Shown here: positions 8,745-18,745 of the stretch, one piece after another
Layout of the letters: each line of letters starts with the position of its first letter
How positions within the stretch are numbered: the first letter of the stretch is position 1
DNA from: a candidate division WOR-3 bacterium
GTDB lineage: Bacteria; Hydrothermota; UBA3072; B12-G15
Reading direction: 5' to 3'
Assembly (NCBI GenBank): GCA_965649055.1
Contig: CBFGJG010000005.1
Coordinates: 1-25,715 of the forward strand
DNA length: 25,715 nucleotides
Position numbers and translations under genes: made by a program
The notes under the pieces: generated by a model
What the model saw: the letters and a program-made list of their open reading frames with translations, nothing else
Database searches by the model: none
Told to the model about the DNA's origin: nothing

Positions 8745-9720
8745 GAAAAGATTTGAGAAAAAATTCGGGAAGAAAAATGTTGAAGATACAGAACTATTAT
8801 TTGATAAGGTTGAAAAGAATGGTTTTATCTCTGTTCAATGTGAATATAAAAAGATAAACGAATTACTTTCAGAATTTGAAAGATTTGGAGACCATTTTAT
8901 CCTTATTGGCGGAGATGATCTGATTCCCTTTGGTAGGGTGAAAAATCCCTGTATGGATGGTGATGAAGAAGTTCTAACAGACAATGTATATGCTTCCGCA
9001 GACAAAGATATACTTTTACCTGAAAGGATAATATCAAGACTACCCGATGGAGACGACATTGTTTTTCTTCATTTTCTTATAGAGAATCTTGGAAACTGTT
9101 TTGATGGTAAAAAGCCTTTTGGATACACAGCAAAGGTCTGGTTAAATGCTTCAAAAGAAGTATATTCGGTTATCAATGGTAAAGATATTTATATTTCACC
9201 ACCATCTGACTATAGCAACATAAAAATTCCAAAAGACACAAGATATTTTTATTTTAATCTTCACGGTTCTGACGAGACACCTTTCTGGTATGGGCAGGAA
9301 GGGAACAGATACCCAATAGCACTAAAACCTGAAAATCTGAAAGATTCAGAATCAGGTATTGCTGCTTCTGAAGCCTGTTATGGTGCGTATATAATTAAGA
9401 AGAAAATAGAAGATGCAATATCATTAACTTTTTTGAAAAACGGGATAAAGGTATTCCTTGGTTCTACAACTATCGCATATGGACCATCAAGACCACCATC
9501 AACAGAAGCTGACCTTATAGTAAAATTATTCTTTGAAGAATTTTTAAATGGAAAGACAGCAGGTGAATCTTTCTATCTTGCCAAACATAAATTCTTCAAA
9601 ACAATGATAAAAAATCAGGGTTTCCTTGACGAAGATGACCAGAAAACATTACTGCAGTTTGTCCTTTATGGTGATCCAACAATAAAAATTAAGGAGGGAA
9701 AATGGAAAAGAAAAAAATAG
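8719..9720 (+). CDS. C25 (gingipain)-like clan CD cysteine peptidase without a signal peptide
   Basis: [30 protein letters not shown] (His-Gly), SEACYG (Cys), LYGDP; SD GGAGG before the TTG start. Confidence 0.75.
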   Translation: MGNYLIWDKKRFEKKFGKKNVEDTELLFDKVEKNGFISVQCEYKKINELLSEFERFGDHFILIGGDDLIPFGRVKNPCMDGDEEVLTDNVYASADKDILLPERIISRLPDGDDIVFLHFLIENLGNCFDGKKPFGYTAKVWLNASKEVYSVINGKDIYISPPSDYSNIKIPKDTRYFYFNLHGSDETPFWYGQEGNRYPIALKPENLKDSESGIAASEACYGAYIIKKKIEDAISLTFLKNGIKVFLGSTTIAYGPSRPPSTEADLIVKLFFEEFLNGKTAGESFYLAKHKFFKTMIKNQGFLDEDDQKTLLQFVLYGDPTIKIKEGKWKRKK

Positions 9721-9977
9721 AGAAGATTGTTAGAAAAATTATTAAAAAAGACTATCCAGAATTCAGTGATATTGTTCCATATATTGAAGAAAAGGAAATT
9801 TCTATTTCTGAAAATGAGTTTAAAAAAGCAAAGATGAAACCTGTAGGGAAAAAAAGTGTCTGGGTTGCTGTATTCAGGAAATATTTTAAATCAGAAGATG
9901 GAACCGAGATTGAAAAAACAATAAGGGCAACTATTTCAAAAGATGGTGAGATAATAAAGATAACAGAATCACATTGA
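9702..9977 (+). CDS. Small hypothetical protein coupled to the C25-like peptidase
   Basis: SD AAGGAGG, 19-nt overlap with the upstream gene, 91 aa, helix then beta-strand pattern ending ISKDGEIIKI. Confidence 0.75.
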   Translation: MEKKKIEKIVRKIIKKDYPEFSDIVPYIEEKEISISENEFKKAKMKPVGKKSVWVAVFRKYFKSEDGTEIEKTIRATISKDGEIIKITESH

Positions 9978-11498
9978 TGGTATAACTTCCCTCAATGCAT
10001 TCAGAACATCCGGATAGAATTCAGATCCTTCTTTAAGTGTTAACTCATCAAAGATTTCCTGATAATCTTTCTTCCTTTTATACTTTCTACTACTTGAAAC
10101 TGCTGCATCAAAAACATCACCAACTGCAACTATCTGGGATTCAAGGGAAGGTCTTTTAGTCCCTTTGGGATAACCTGAACCATCTATTCTTTCATGGTGT
10201 TCTAAAACGATATATGCTTCATCATGCATTCCGATTTTTTTCAAAATATTGTATCCTTCTATTACATGTGATTTTATAACATCCCAGTCTATATCATCCA
10301 GTTCTTCTGTCTTATTCAGGGTAAACCATGGAATCATTATCTTTCCAATATCATGTAATATAGCAGCAAAAGAGATTTTTTTAACAAGCTTATCTTCAAG
10401 TTTTAAATGGAGACAGATTAATTTTGCAATCTGTGCAACATTTGCAGAATGTTCAGCACCAAGGTTCCAGTCCTTATAACTCAAAATGTCAAGAACCGCA
10501 TCAACAAAACCTTCTTTCTTTAGGAACTCTTCTTTATCAATCCTTAAATGCTTTGATAATATATCTCTAAATATCTCAATGATTGTGTATAATGTCTCTT
10601 TCTCACTCAAAGTGTTTCCGTAATATGCTGAATTTGCAAATGCTTTTAATGCATAGTTTATCCCTTCATCAAAATTATCTTTTTTTGAATAAATCAAAGC
10701 CTTTAATCTATTTGTTGCTGGTAAAACATATCTCCGAAATTCAGGATTATGACTTTTTATAAGATTCAAAATTATCTTTTCTGAATCAATAAGTTTTTCG
10801 TTCCGTATTAAAACCTCCGCCTTGTTTAGTTCTGTAAGTATATCTATATATCCTGTTTTATCTGTTTCTTTAAGTATCTCCTGAAGTTCCTTTAACTTTA
10901 TTTCTTTATTTTCATCTATATCTGTTTTTAATATTGAATCTATATAATTGTTAGCAACAAGACCAAGTGTTAAACTGAAATCCCTTCCTGTTATTTCATA
11001 AAACTTTTCTTTTCTTCTCAGGTTTAAAAGAAATTGTAATGCCTCATTATAAACCGCATCTGCCTCAACATATTTTTCCCTGTAAATATGATAAATATTA
11101 CCAAGTGCATTCAGAAACAAAGGAAGAAAATACTCTGCATTTCTATAATTTCTAATTTCTTCTATAAATTTTTCTAATTCTTTTTCTATTTTCTGTGTAG
11201 GGTATCCTAATACAACATATGCAAACGCATAATACATCCTGTTGTAATATTTATCAAATTCATTGTAAAACCTGTAATAATCAGCATCAGCCTTCATTAA
11301 TTTGTAAGCTTCAATTGGTGCAGCAAGTTCTTTCAGTCTTGTGCATATCTTTAATATATCCTTTTCTTCTTCTCTGTCTTTCTTTAAAATATAATCAAAA
11401 AATTCAAGGAATTTAATATTTATTTCCGTTAAATCATTATCCTTTATATCTGCTAATGATTTATATTTAGAAAGAAATTCAAAAAAATAAGGATTCAT
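9969..11498 (-). CDS. HD-GYP cyclic dinucleotide phosphodiesterase with a TPR-like N-terminal region
   Basis: EHS..VA, LHDIGK, SH...GY, HHERIDGSGYPKG, DVFDA, R.YK; N-terminal helical repeats such as LNALGNIY. Confidence 0.88.
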   Translation of the reverse strand: MNPYFFEFLSKYKSLADIKDNDLTEINIKFLEFFDYILKKDREEEKDILKICTRLKELAAPIEAYKLMKADADYYRFYNEFDKYYNRMYYAFAYVVLGYPTQKIEKELEKFIEEIRNYRNAEYFLPLFLNALGNIYHIYREKYVEADAVYNEALQFLLNLRRKEKFYEITGRDFSLTLGLVANNYIDSILKTDIDENKEIKLKELQEILKETDKTGYIDILTELNKAEVLIRNEKLIDSEKIILNLIKSHNPEFRRYVLPATNRLKALIYSKKDNFDEGINYALKAFANSAYYGNTLSEKETLYTIIEIFRDILSKHLRIDKEEFLKKEGFVDAVLDILSYKDWNLGAEHSANVAQIAKLICLHLKLEDKLVKKISFAAILHDIGKIMIPWFTLNKTEELDDIDWDVIKSHVIEGYNILKKIGMHDEAYIVLEHHERIDGSGYPKGTKRPSLESQIVAVGDVFDAAVSSSRKYKRKKDYQEIFDELTLKEGSEFYPDVLNALREVIPSM

Positions 11499-12289
11499 CC
11501 TTTTAGTCTTTTTTCAATAAACTTCGCGGCATTAAGATTTATTAAATCATATCTTTCACTTTCGGGTGTCTCCATAATTATTGGAAGTTCCTGAAATCTC
11601 TCATTCTCAAAGAATCTCATAAATCCTGAAAGTCCTATAAATCCCCTTCCTATATGATAGTGTCTGTCAACTTTTGATTCTAATCGTGTCATAGAATCAT
11701 TCATGTGAATTACCTTTATCTTTTCAAGCCCGAAATTATCTTCTATTTCTTTCAATAAATCTTTTATCTTATCTTTCTTTCTCAAATCATATCCAGCCTC
11801 AAATGCATGGGATGTGTCAAAACAACAACCTATATTTTTAAATTTTTTTATAAATAATCCTATATCCTTCATTTTTATATAGGATGTGTTTTCAAGAAGT
11901 ATTGTTATCTTATCATTCAGGATCTCTTCAAGGCTTTCATTAAAGTATTCAATCTCTCCCTCTTTTACTCCAAGATGTATTACAAAATATCCTGCTTCAA
12001 GTTTTATACTTCTATCTATCTCCTCTTTTATTGCTATTACTGATTTTTTCCTCAGATTCCTGTCCTTTGTGTTTAATTTAGGAAGATAAGTGGAGTGAAC
12101 GACAAAGTCTTTTATTTTCTTTTCTTTCATAATTTTTTTAAATTCATTCACATCATCTTCTTCTATCGGTTTTTTACCCCAACCTCTCGGATTTGACGGA
12201 AATATCTGGAATGTCTCAGTTCCTTCAAGCATTCTTAAAGGAACATTTCTAAAACCACCTGTTATTGAAAGATGAAAACCAAATCTCAT
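11495..12289 (-). CDS. nfo: Endonuclease IV
   Basis: GFHLSI.GG, VHSTY, IHLG, LENT, DTSHAF, HMNDS, DRH.HIG.G.IG, METP. Confidence 0.93.
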   Translation of the reverse strand: MRFGFHLSITGGFRNVPLRMLEGTETFQIFPSNPRGWGKKPIEEDDVNEFKKIMKEKKIKDFVVHSTYLPKLNTKDRNLRKKSVIAIKEEIDRSIKLEAGYFVIHLGVKEGEIEYFNESLEEILNDKITILLENTSYIKMKDIGLFIKKFKNIGCCFDTSHAFEAGYDLRKKDKIKDLLKEIEDNFGLEKIKVIHMNDSMTRLESKVDRHYHIGRGFIGLSGFMRFFENERFQELPIIMETPESERYDLINLNAAKFIEKRLKG

Positions 12290-12290
12290 T

Positions 12291-13247
12291 TTAATTTATT
12301 AAGTCGATTATTTTTATTGATTCTTTCTTTAATTTACCTTTCCCGTAATCATTTTTTACGATTATCAGATTTTTTGTATTAAGTTTTTCCACATTTTTTT
12401 GTGCTTTTTTTATACCATCTATTATCTCTTTCTTAAAACCCTGCTTTTTTAATCTTTCCTCTGATTTTTCTGATTTTACAAGTATAATTTTATCAAACCA
12501 ATCTTCTATACCCCATTGAGAAATGAGTGCTGCATCTACAAAGACAATATCACTTTCAGAATTATCTATTTTTTTCCTTATCTTTTCAATAATTATAGGA
12601 TGGACAATCCTGTTTAATTCACCAAGTTTTTTACTATCCTTAAAAACAATATCCCTTAATAAAGGTCTTGAGATATTATCACCTTCAAAGACCTCTTCAC
12701 CAAAAATTTTCTTGATCTCATACTTTACATTATCTTCTTTCAGGACTTCCCATCCTATTTCATCAGCATTTATCACATCATAGCCCATTTCTTTAAATAT
12801 TTGTGCGAGTGTTGTTTTCCCTGAACCTGCTTTACCAGTTATACCTATAACCTTTTTTTTCAACAAAAAACCTTCTTTAAAAATCTCATTCAGATAAACT
12901 ATCTTTTGTTTCCCTGTTTTATTCACTAAGGTTATCTTAATATCCTTTACAAATTCAGATAAAACCTGTCTGCATGCACCACAGGGATAAACAAATCTAT
13001 CTGTGTCAGAAGAAATTGCTATTTCAATAAAATCTGAATCACCTTCTGAAACTGCTTTAAAAACTGCGACCCTTTCTGCACATATTGTTAAACCATAGGA
13101 TGAATTCTCAATATTTGAACCTGTATAGATTTTTTTTCTCGTTAAAAGTGCTGCCCCTACCCTGAATTTAGAGTAGGGGCAGTATGCATTATCCTTAGCC
13201 TTGATTGCTTCTTTTACTAAATCAATATGTGTGTGAGAACTCACCAC
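12291..13247 (-). CDS. Cytidine deaminase fused in frame to dephospho-CoA kinase (Cdd-CoaE)
   Basis: N-terminal AYCPYSKF.VGAA, NIEN, CAER, PCGACRQ; C-terminal IGITGKAGSGKT, ADEIG, R..LR.IVF, LN.IVHP; GTG start is uncertain. Confidence 0.88.
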   Translation of the reverse strand: MVSSHTHIDLVKEAIKAKDNAYCPYSKFRVGAALLTRKKIYTGSNIENSSYGLTICAERVAVFKAVSEGDSDFIEIAISSDTDRFVYPCGACRQVLSEFVKDIKITLVNKTGKQKIVYLNEIFKEGFLLKKKVIGITGKAGSGKTTLAQIFKEMGYDVINADEIGWEVLKEDNVKYEIKKIFGEEVFEGDNISRPLLRDIVFKDSKKLGELNRIVHPIIIEKIRKKIDNSESDIVFVDAALISQWGIEDWFDKIILVKSEKSEERLKKQGFKKEIIDGIKKAQKNVEKLNTKNLIIVKNDYGKGKLKKESIKIIDLIN

Positions 13248-14490
13248 TCATTATGTTTCCAGCAGTGTCCTTAATACCTCTTACTTTTACAGTTTCACCA
13301 GACATTGTTGAACCATCAAACCTTCTTATGTATACAACTGTCACATTCTTACCACCAACATATTTATCCATAATGTCAAATGTGAGTGGAACTCCATCTG
13401 TGCATACAATTGTTGCTGGGTTTATTGTGCTCTTATCAACAACTTCTGAGAATATTATCTCTGGTAAAGAAGCAGTACCCCAACCTGTAACTGTTGGCTC
13501 TTTATAGTCACCGGGCAAGGTATCAGTGTAATTGCTCTTGAGATTCACAACTGTAAACTCATATTCAATAAATCCGGGATGCATTTTGTTCAGTTTATTC
13601 CCTGCTGGATCTTTCAATGCATCACCATAAAGTCTGAATAAATATTTTCTTCCCGGTGTAAGATTCGTTGCAGGTGTAAAGAGGATTCTTCCCCACTGTG
13701 CTGCTGCGGTATCTGACTGATAGCTCAGTGTTCCACTAACTTCCTGCCCTGTAAGTTTATCAAACAACTTGATATTATTTGTATTGACAGTTGCAGGGTC
13801 AAGAGTTGACTTTAATGTCCCACCAAGTGTATCAGGTTTATAATCCCTAATACTAACACATATCCTCGCATCATAGCACCATGCAGTAAGTGCAATAGTT
13901 GTATCTGTGGGATGCATTGGGAAGGGATTAACAAATATAAATGGACTTGAAAGGTCAATTCTCAATGGTTTCCAAACTGATGGGGTTCCATCATCTTTTC
14001 TTGTTGAAAATCTCTGATAGAAATCATCATCCCCTGGTTCACCCATCACACCATCATTATCAATATCCAATTTATTTCCGTAGGCATCCCTTGTTCCACT
14101 ACCATAAAATACAACAACATATGTCTGGTTTGGAATAAGATTTCCTGATGGTTTCAATATCAACATAGATACTGTTGAACCATATTCCCATGTTGCTGTG
14201 TATGGAACAGGAGTTGTCATATCTTCAACCTTATAGACCTTTACATCAGCGGCACCACCTTGCATATCTGAATCCCATCTTAAATAAATCCAAGAACCTA
14301 CACTATCAGCCCAGTATGGGACTGAATTAGGTGTGGATACCCATCCACCAAAAAATGATGCATTAATCTCTCCTAAATCAACTTCCATCCATGCAGAATG
14401 GTCTATTTCAGAATCAAATATTGAGAGATCTTTTTTAGCACATGAGAAGACTAAAAGCACTGCAAGTATTATAAATATAAATTTTTTCAT
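13222..14490 (-). CDS. Lipoprotein with Ig-like (Big_5/SbsA-type) domains
   Basis: Lipobox LVFSC; three DxxGN motifs (RDAYGN, KDPAGN, KDTAGN); FTPATNLTPG..Y; FSE.VD.STI; SD AGGAGG. Confidence 0.75.
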   Translation of the reverse strand: MKKFIFIILAVLLVFSCAKKDLSIFDSEIDHSAWMEVDLGEINASFFGGWVSTPNSVPYWADSVGSWIYLRWDSDMQGGAADVKVYKVEDMTTPVPYTATWEYGSTVSMLILKPSGNLIPNQTYVVVFYGSGTRDAYGNKLDIDNDGVMGEPGDDDFYQRFSTRKDDGTPSVWKPLRIDLSSPFIFVNPFPMHPTDTTIALTAWCYDARICVSIRDYKPDTLGGTLKSTLDPATVNTNNIKLFDKLTGQEVSGTLSYQSDTAAAQWGRILFTPATNLTPGRKYLFRLYGDALKDPAGNKLNKMHPGFIEYEFTVVNLKSNYTDTLPGDYKEPTVTGWGTASLPEIIFSEVVDKSTINPATIVCTDGVPLTFDIMDKYVGGKNVTVVYIRRFDGSTMSGETVKVRGIKDTAGNIMSGEFSHTY

Positions 14491-14502
14491 AAAAACCTCC
14501 TA

Positions 14503-16209
14503 TCAATAAAACTTAAGAGTTGTTGAAATTCTCAGCGAGCGTATCCAGGAAAGGTCAAGGATTGTCCCGGTAGGAGCAAACATAGTTATGAAGTCAATTG
14601 AAATGTTATTGTTTGGATGCCAGCCAAGGCCATAAGAGAAATTAGTTCCCTCGTGTGACTCATAGTATTCAGATACTCTGTATTCAGGTGGAAGGTCAGG
14701 GGGGTTTATTGTTACGGTTGTATCACCATCTCCTTCAATATTTATGATCACTTCATTTGTGTAGCTTTTCAATTCGAATTTCTCAACTGAACTATGCAAT
14801 GTCTTCATCGGATTTGCACCAAATCTTATAAACCAATTCTTCTTTGGTGTAATTGCAATCTCCACACCAACGGGAACCCTGTATGTTGTCCAAGAGTGTT
14901 TTTCTTCGATATTATATGTAGCATTGAATGAACCAGTCTCTGTATAATCATCTGAATCCAATACTTCGTTATCACCATCATTGTATGTCTCAATATAATA
15001 TTCTTCATAAATTCCGTCATATGTTAAGGAATTTTGTGATGTGCTTATATTAAGCCCAATACCGAATTCTACATTCTCACCAAGCTTCCTTATTATCCTG
15101 CCAAAGAGGCCGAAACCCATTTCATTATAGCTTAAATCTACTGAATCAACAGCGTATTCATTATAAGTTCCTCTTTCTATGAATCCCATAATGCCTGTAA
15201 TGTTTTCTTCTATATAACCCTCTTCACGATCTCTTCCGTAATCTCCACCCATTCCATAGAAGAAGTTGAAGCCTAATTCATTCAATCCACCTTCATCTTT
15301 CTTAAGTGCATTTAAACTCACAATAAACTGGGTAACTGGATTAACCCACTGATAATAACCTGAATAATTCGAACTTTCATTATTCATATAATTTTGATTA
15401 TTAGGTGCTAAATCCTCAAAGTAATTTGTAAAACCTTTATAATCCATCGATTCCTTATAAAAATCGGCACCGATTGTTAAACCAGTCCTATAACCAGCAA
15501 GGTCTTTTAGCAAGAAAGAGAAAGAATACATATTGGAAGGATAATCATATACATATTTATCAGTTTCATTCATTCCAGCTACTGCATTTAAACTTTCAAC
15601 CATGTTCGGATAAAGGTCGTAAACTCTGAAATTAAGTGTGTCAAAATAATCTTCTTTTAAAAACATTTTGTTTCTATTGTAGTTGAAACCAATTATGCTT
15701 GCGCCAAGGTCATAGGTTAGAACAGCTGCAGTTGATGTCCTTAGTTCGTCATAAAAATCTGCTTCGTGTTCAGTTGCATAGTTGTGAATATCAGGGTTAC
15801 CATCGCCATCAACATCAATAAACTGGTTCCAGATTCCATATACTGATCCATAACCATCAACTGAGCCAAGCCCAAGCGGGTCAATAGATACATAATAAGG
15901 AACCGTGTTTTTAAGTGTGCTCCAGAAGAATGCAGTTCTCAATGATGGAACGATTTCAGGAAGTAATGCACCAATCATGAAAGACTGGTCAGAATAGATG
16001 TTCATCAGTTGTTCCGATGAGCCTGTCAGGTTTGAAAGTTTTGTAAAGAGTCTCCAGCCCTGAACATCATATATCATCCAGGGTGTAAGGATCATCTCAA
16101 GGTCATCATCAAGAATAAATGTAGATTGTCTTTTGAAAGACTCAAGCATCAGTTGTTGGGGGACAACTATCAATCCTACTAACAACAAAACAACACAAAA
16201 ACGCTTCAT
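14503..16209 (-). CDS. Secreted acidic protein, probable outer-membrane beta-barrel
   Basis: N-terminal hydrophobic signal; Y/F/G/N/D-rich amphipathic strands; ends TTLKFY; DVDGDG-type loops; SD AGGAGG. Confidence 0.65.
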   Translation of the reverse strand: MKRFCVVLLLVGLIVVPQQLMLESFKRQSTFILDDDLEMILTPWMIYDVQGWRLFTKLSNLTGSSEQLMNIYSDQSFMIGALLPEIVPSLRTAFFWSTLKNTVPYYVSIDPLGLGSVDGYGSVYGIWNQFIDVDGDGNPDIHNYATEHEADFYDELRTSTAAVLTYDLGASIIGFNYNRNKMFLKEDYFDTLNFRVYDLYPNMVESLNAVAGMNETDKYVYDYPSNMYSFSFLLKDLAGYRTGLTIGADFYKESMDYKGFTNYFEDLAPNNQNYMNNESSNYSGYYQWVNPVTQFIVSLNALKKDEGGLNELGFNFFYGMGGDYGRDREEGYIEENITGIMGFIERGTYNEYAVDSVDLSYNEMGFGLFGRIIRKLGENVEFGIGLNISTSQNSLTYDGIYEEYYIETYNDGDNEVLDSDDYTETGSFNATYNIEEKHSWTTYRVPVGVEIAITPKKNWFIRFGANPMKTLHSSVEKFELKSYTNEVIINIEGDGDTTVTINPPDLPPEYRVSEYYESHEGTNFSYGLGWHPNNNISIDFITMFAPTGTILDLSWIRSLRISTTLKFY

Positions 16210-16228
16210 AAAACCTCCTTTTTAGGTT

Positions 16229-16615
16229 TTAGGTTGAACTTTCCCTGAACGCATCTTCTATATGATGTAATCCACTTTTAGAAAATGTCAAAACATCAAA
16301 CCTTACATCGTAATTCCTATAATCTTTTTTCATTAAAAATAGTTTAGCAAATTTTATCATTTTGTCAATCTTTTTTTTATCAACAAATTTTTCCGGTTCA
16401 CCATAGTCTAAGTTATCTCTTCTTTTAACCTCAATAAAAACAATCGTTTTATCTTTTTCAGCAATCAAATCCATCTCAAGATACCCAATCCTTAAATTTC
16501 TTTCAATTATTCTGTAACCTTTATTTATAAGATATTCCTCAGCCTGTTTTTCACTGAAATCTCTGTATCTGTGATACTGGCTTGAATGTCTTCCTGTGAA
16601 TCTCACAAGGACCAT
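16229..16615 (-). CDS. yraN: YraN family PD-(D/E)xK nuclease-like protein (start uncertain)
   Basis: A..YL..KGY.IIERN.R...EMDLIA, VFIEVK.R, RFDV, HIEDAF. Confidence 0.9.
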   Translation of the reverse strand: MVLVRFTGRHSSQYHRYRDFSEKQAEEYLINKGYRIIERNLRIGYLEMDLIAEKDKTIVFIEVKRRDNLDYGEPEKFVDKKKIDKMIKFAKLFLMKKDYRNYDVRFDVLTFSKSGLHHIEDAFRESST

Positions 16616-17150
16616 ACCTTGTTAATGCTTTTATGTGTTCTTTTGTTCCGTATCCTTTATTTTTTGAAAACTGATATTCGGGAAATAGAATATCGTACAT
16701 CTCCATCATTCTATCCCTTATAACCTTTGCTATTATCGAAGCTGCAGCAATTGTTATTGATTTTTCATCTCCTTTAAAAATCCCTTCCTGGGAAAATGGA
16801 AGAAATGGTATTTTAAATCCATCTATAATGAAATGTTCCGGAAAAATCTTTAAAGAACATATTGCCCTTCTCATTGCTTCGTAAGTTGCATTAAGTATAT
16901 TTATCCTGTCTATTATAATTGGTTCAACAATCCCGATGCCAATGCTTAAAGAATTTTCAACAATAGCATTAAATAATTCTTCTCTTTTTTTAGGGGTTAA
17001 TCTTTTAGAATCCTTTACACCTTTTATCTCTGTTTTTGGTCTCAAAACCAACGCACATGCAACAACAGGTCCTGCAAGTGTCCCTCTTCCAACTTCATCA
17101 ATACCACATAAGAGAGTTACACCTTTCTCCCAGTAATCAAAATCTATCAT
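16551..17150 (-). CDS. rnhB: Ribonuclease HII
   Basis: [46 protein letters not shown]. Confidence 0.96.
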   Translation of the reverse strand: MIDFDYWEKGVTLLCGIDEVGRGTLAGPVVACALVLRPKTEIKGVKDSKRLTPKKREELFNAIVENSLSIGIGIVEPIIIDRINILNATYEAMRRAICSLKIFPEHFIIDGFKIPFLPFSQEGIFKGDEKSITIAAASIIAKVIRDRMMEMYDILFPEYQFSKNKGYGTKEHIKALTRYGPCEIHRKTFKPVSQIQRFQ

Positions 17151-17488
17151 TTCTTTTCTTTTATCTTCTTTTCTTTACCTTTCTTCTCCCTTAAATAGTA
17201 TAATTTAGCCCTTTTTACCTTACCCTTTCTTAAAACCTGAATCTTTGCAATGTTTGGTGAATGTAAAGGGAAGATTTTTTCAACCCCAATTCCCTGTGAT
17301 TCCTTTCTGACTGTAAATGTCTTCTTTAAACCTTCGCCCCTTATCTTAATAACAATTCCGTCAAATTTCTGTAATCGTGTCTTGTCACCTTCTTTTATCT
17401 TATAGCTCACCCTTATGTAATCACCCGGTGAAAATTCAGGAATCTCTTTTTTTAAGAACTGGCTTTCAACTATTGATATTTCTTTCAT
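17147..17488 (-). CDS. rplS: 50S ribosomal protein L19
   Basis: [35 protein letters not shown]. Confidence 0.97.
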   Translation of the reverse strand: MKEISIVESQFLKKEIPEFSPGDYIRVSYKIKEGDKTRLQKFDGIVIKIRGEGLKKTFTVRKESQGIGVEKIFPLHSPNIAKIQVLRKGKVKRAKLYYLREKKGKEKKIKEKK

Positions 17489-18209
17489 CTCTCATCTCCT
17501 GTTTTATTTTTTCAAGCAATTCCTTTTCCTGTTCATCTAATTTTACTTTTTCAAGTATGTCTTTTCTTCTTAAATATGTCTTCTTTAATGCTTCTTTCTT
17601 CCTCCATAATTCAATCTCTTTATGATTACCTGATATTAAAACTTCAGGAACACTGTATCCACAATATTCTTTTGGTCTTGTGTATATTGGTGGTTGTAGA
17701 AATTTATCTTCAAATGAATCAGTTTTGACAGAATCTTCATTACCTACTGCACCAGGGATAAGTCTAACAACCGCATCAATCAGCACCATTGCAGGAACTT
17801 CACCTCCTGAAAGAACATAATCACCAATCGAGATTATTCTATCAACAAAATTTTCTATCCTTGAATCAATACCTTTATATCTTCCACAGATTAATGTGAT
17901 AGTATCCATCTTTGAAAACTCATTCGCTATCTTCTGATTAAAAACCTCCCCATCAGCAGAAAGAAGAATAACATAACCTTTATCTTTAACTGATTCAAGT
18001 GCATTATATAAAACATCAAATCTCATAACCATTCCACTCCCACCACCATACTGATAATCATCAACAGACCCATATTCATTTGACGCAAAATCCCTAATAT
18101 TTACAAAATTAAAATCTACGATTTTTTTATTATAAGCCCTTTTTATAATTCCTGTTTCAGTAAATCCCTGAAAAATTTCAGGGAATAAAGTGAGTATATT
18201 TATCTTCAC
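17466..18209 (-). CDS. trmD: tRNA (guanine37-N1)-methyltransferase
   Basis: [45 protein letters not shown] start. Confidence 0.97.
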   Translation of the reverse strand: MKINILTLFPEIFQGFTETGIIKRAYNKKIVDFNFVNIRDFASNEYGSVDDYQYGGGSGMVMRFDVLYNALESVKDKGYVILLSADGEVFNQKIANEFSKMDTITLICGRYKGIDSRIENFVDRIISIGDYVLSGGEVPAMVLIDAVVRLIPGAVGNEDSVKTDSFEDKFLQPPIYTRPKEYCGYSVPEVLISGNHKEIELWRKKEALKKTYLRRKDILEKVKLDEQEKELLEKIKQEMRDERNINS

Positions 18210-18230
18210 AAAAGGGCTTAAATTAAATAA

Positions 18231-18473
18231 CTATGGTGCCTTTGGTTCTAAAATCTCAAGGACAGCCCTTTTCCCTGTCTTCATGGAGGCTGCTGTAACT
18301 ATTGTTCTAATAGCCTTGGCTGTTTTCCCTTCCTTGCCTATTATCTTTCCGATATCACCTTCTCCAACTTTAAGTTCATAAACAGTTGTTCTTTCTCCAG
18401 TAACCTCTCTCACAACCACCTTTTCAGGATGGTCAACAAGTGCCTTTGCAATGAATTCAATCAGTTCTTTCAT
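18231..18473 (-). CDS. khpA: KH-domain RNA-binding protein KhpA
   Basis: [24 protein letters not shown]; position after rpsP. Confidence 0.95.
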   Translation of the reverse strand: MKELIEFIAKALVDHPEKVVVREVTGERTTVYELKVGEGDIGKIIGKEGKTAKAIRTIVTAASMKTGKRAVLEILEPKAP

Positions 18474-18720
18474 CTTTTACCTCCGTTTTTTGTGTTTTTC
18501 TTTTTACAAGGCTTAAAACCCTTGTGGTAGGGATAGCACCCTTTGCAACCCAATCATTGAACCTTTCAAAGTCAAGTGAAAAATCATCTGTCTTTGCATT
18601 ATACCAGCCTAATTTCTCAATGAATTCAGCATCTCTCGCCTTTCTACCATCAATTACCACTATCTGGTAATTCGGACTGTTGTTCCTTCCAACTTTTCTC
18701 ATTCTAATTTTTACAGCCAA
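18457..18720 (-). CDS. rpsP: 30S ribosomal protein S16
   Basis: VKIRM...G....P.Y.IVV.D.R..RD..FIE.LG.YN, W...GA.PT; TTG start after SD AGGAGGT. Confidence 0.96.
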   Translation of the reverse strand: MAVKIRMRKVGRNNSPNYQIVVIDGRKARDAEFIEKLGWYNAKTDDFSLDFERFNDWVAKGAIPTTRVLSLVKRKTQKTEVKDERTD

Positions 18721-18745
18721 TTAACCTCCTTTTCTCTTTTAAAAA

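Noticed and set aside
8719..11498. C25-like protease and HD-GYP as CRISPR type III ancillary effectors
   Set aside because: They are over 8 kb from the array, among housekeeping genes, with no CARF/SAVED domain or cas gene visible
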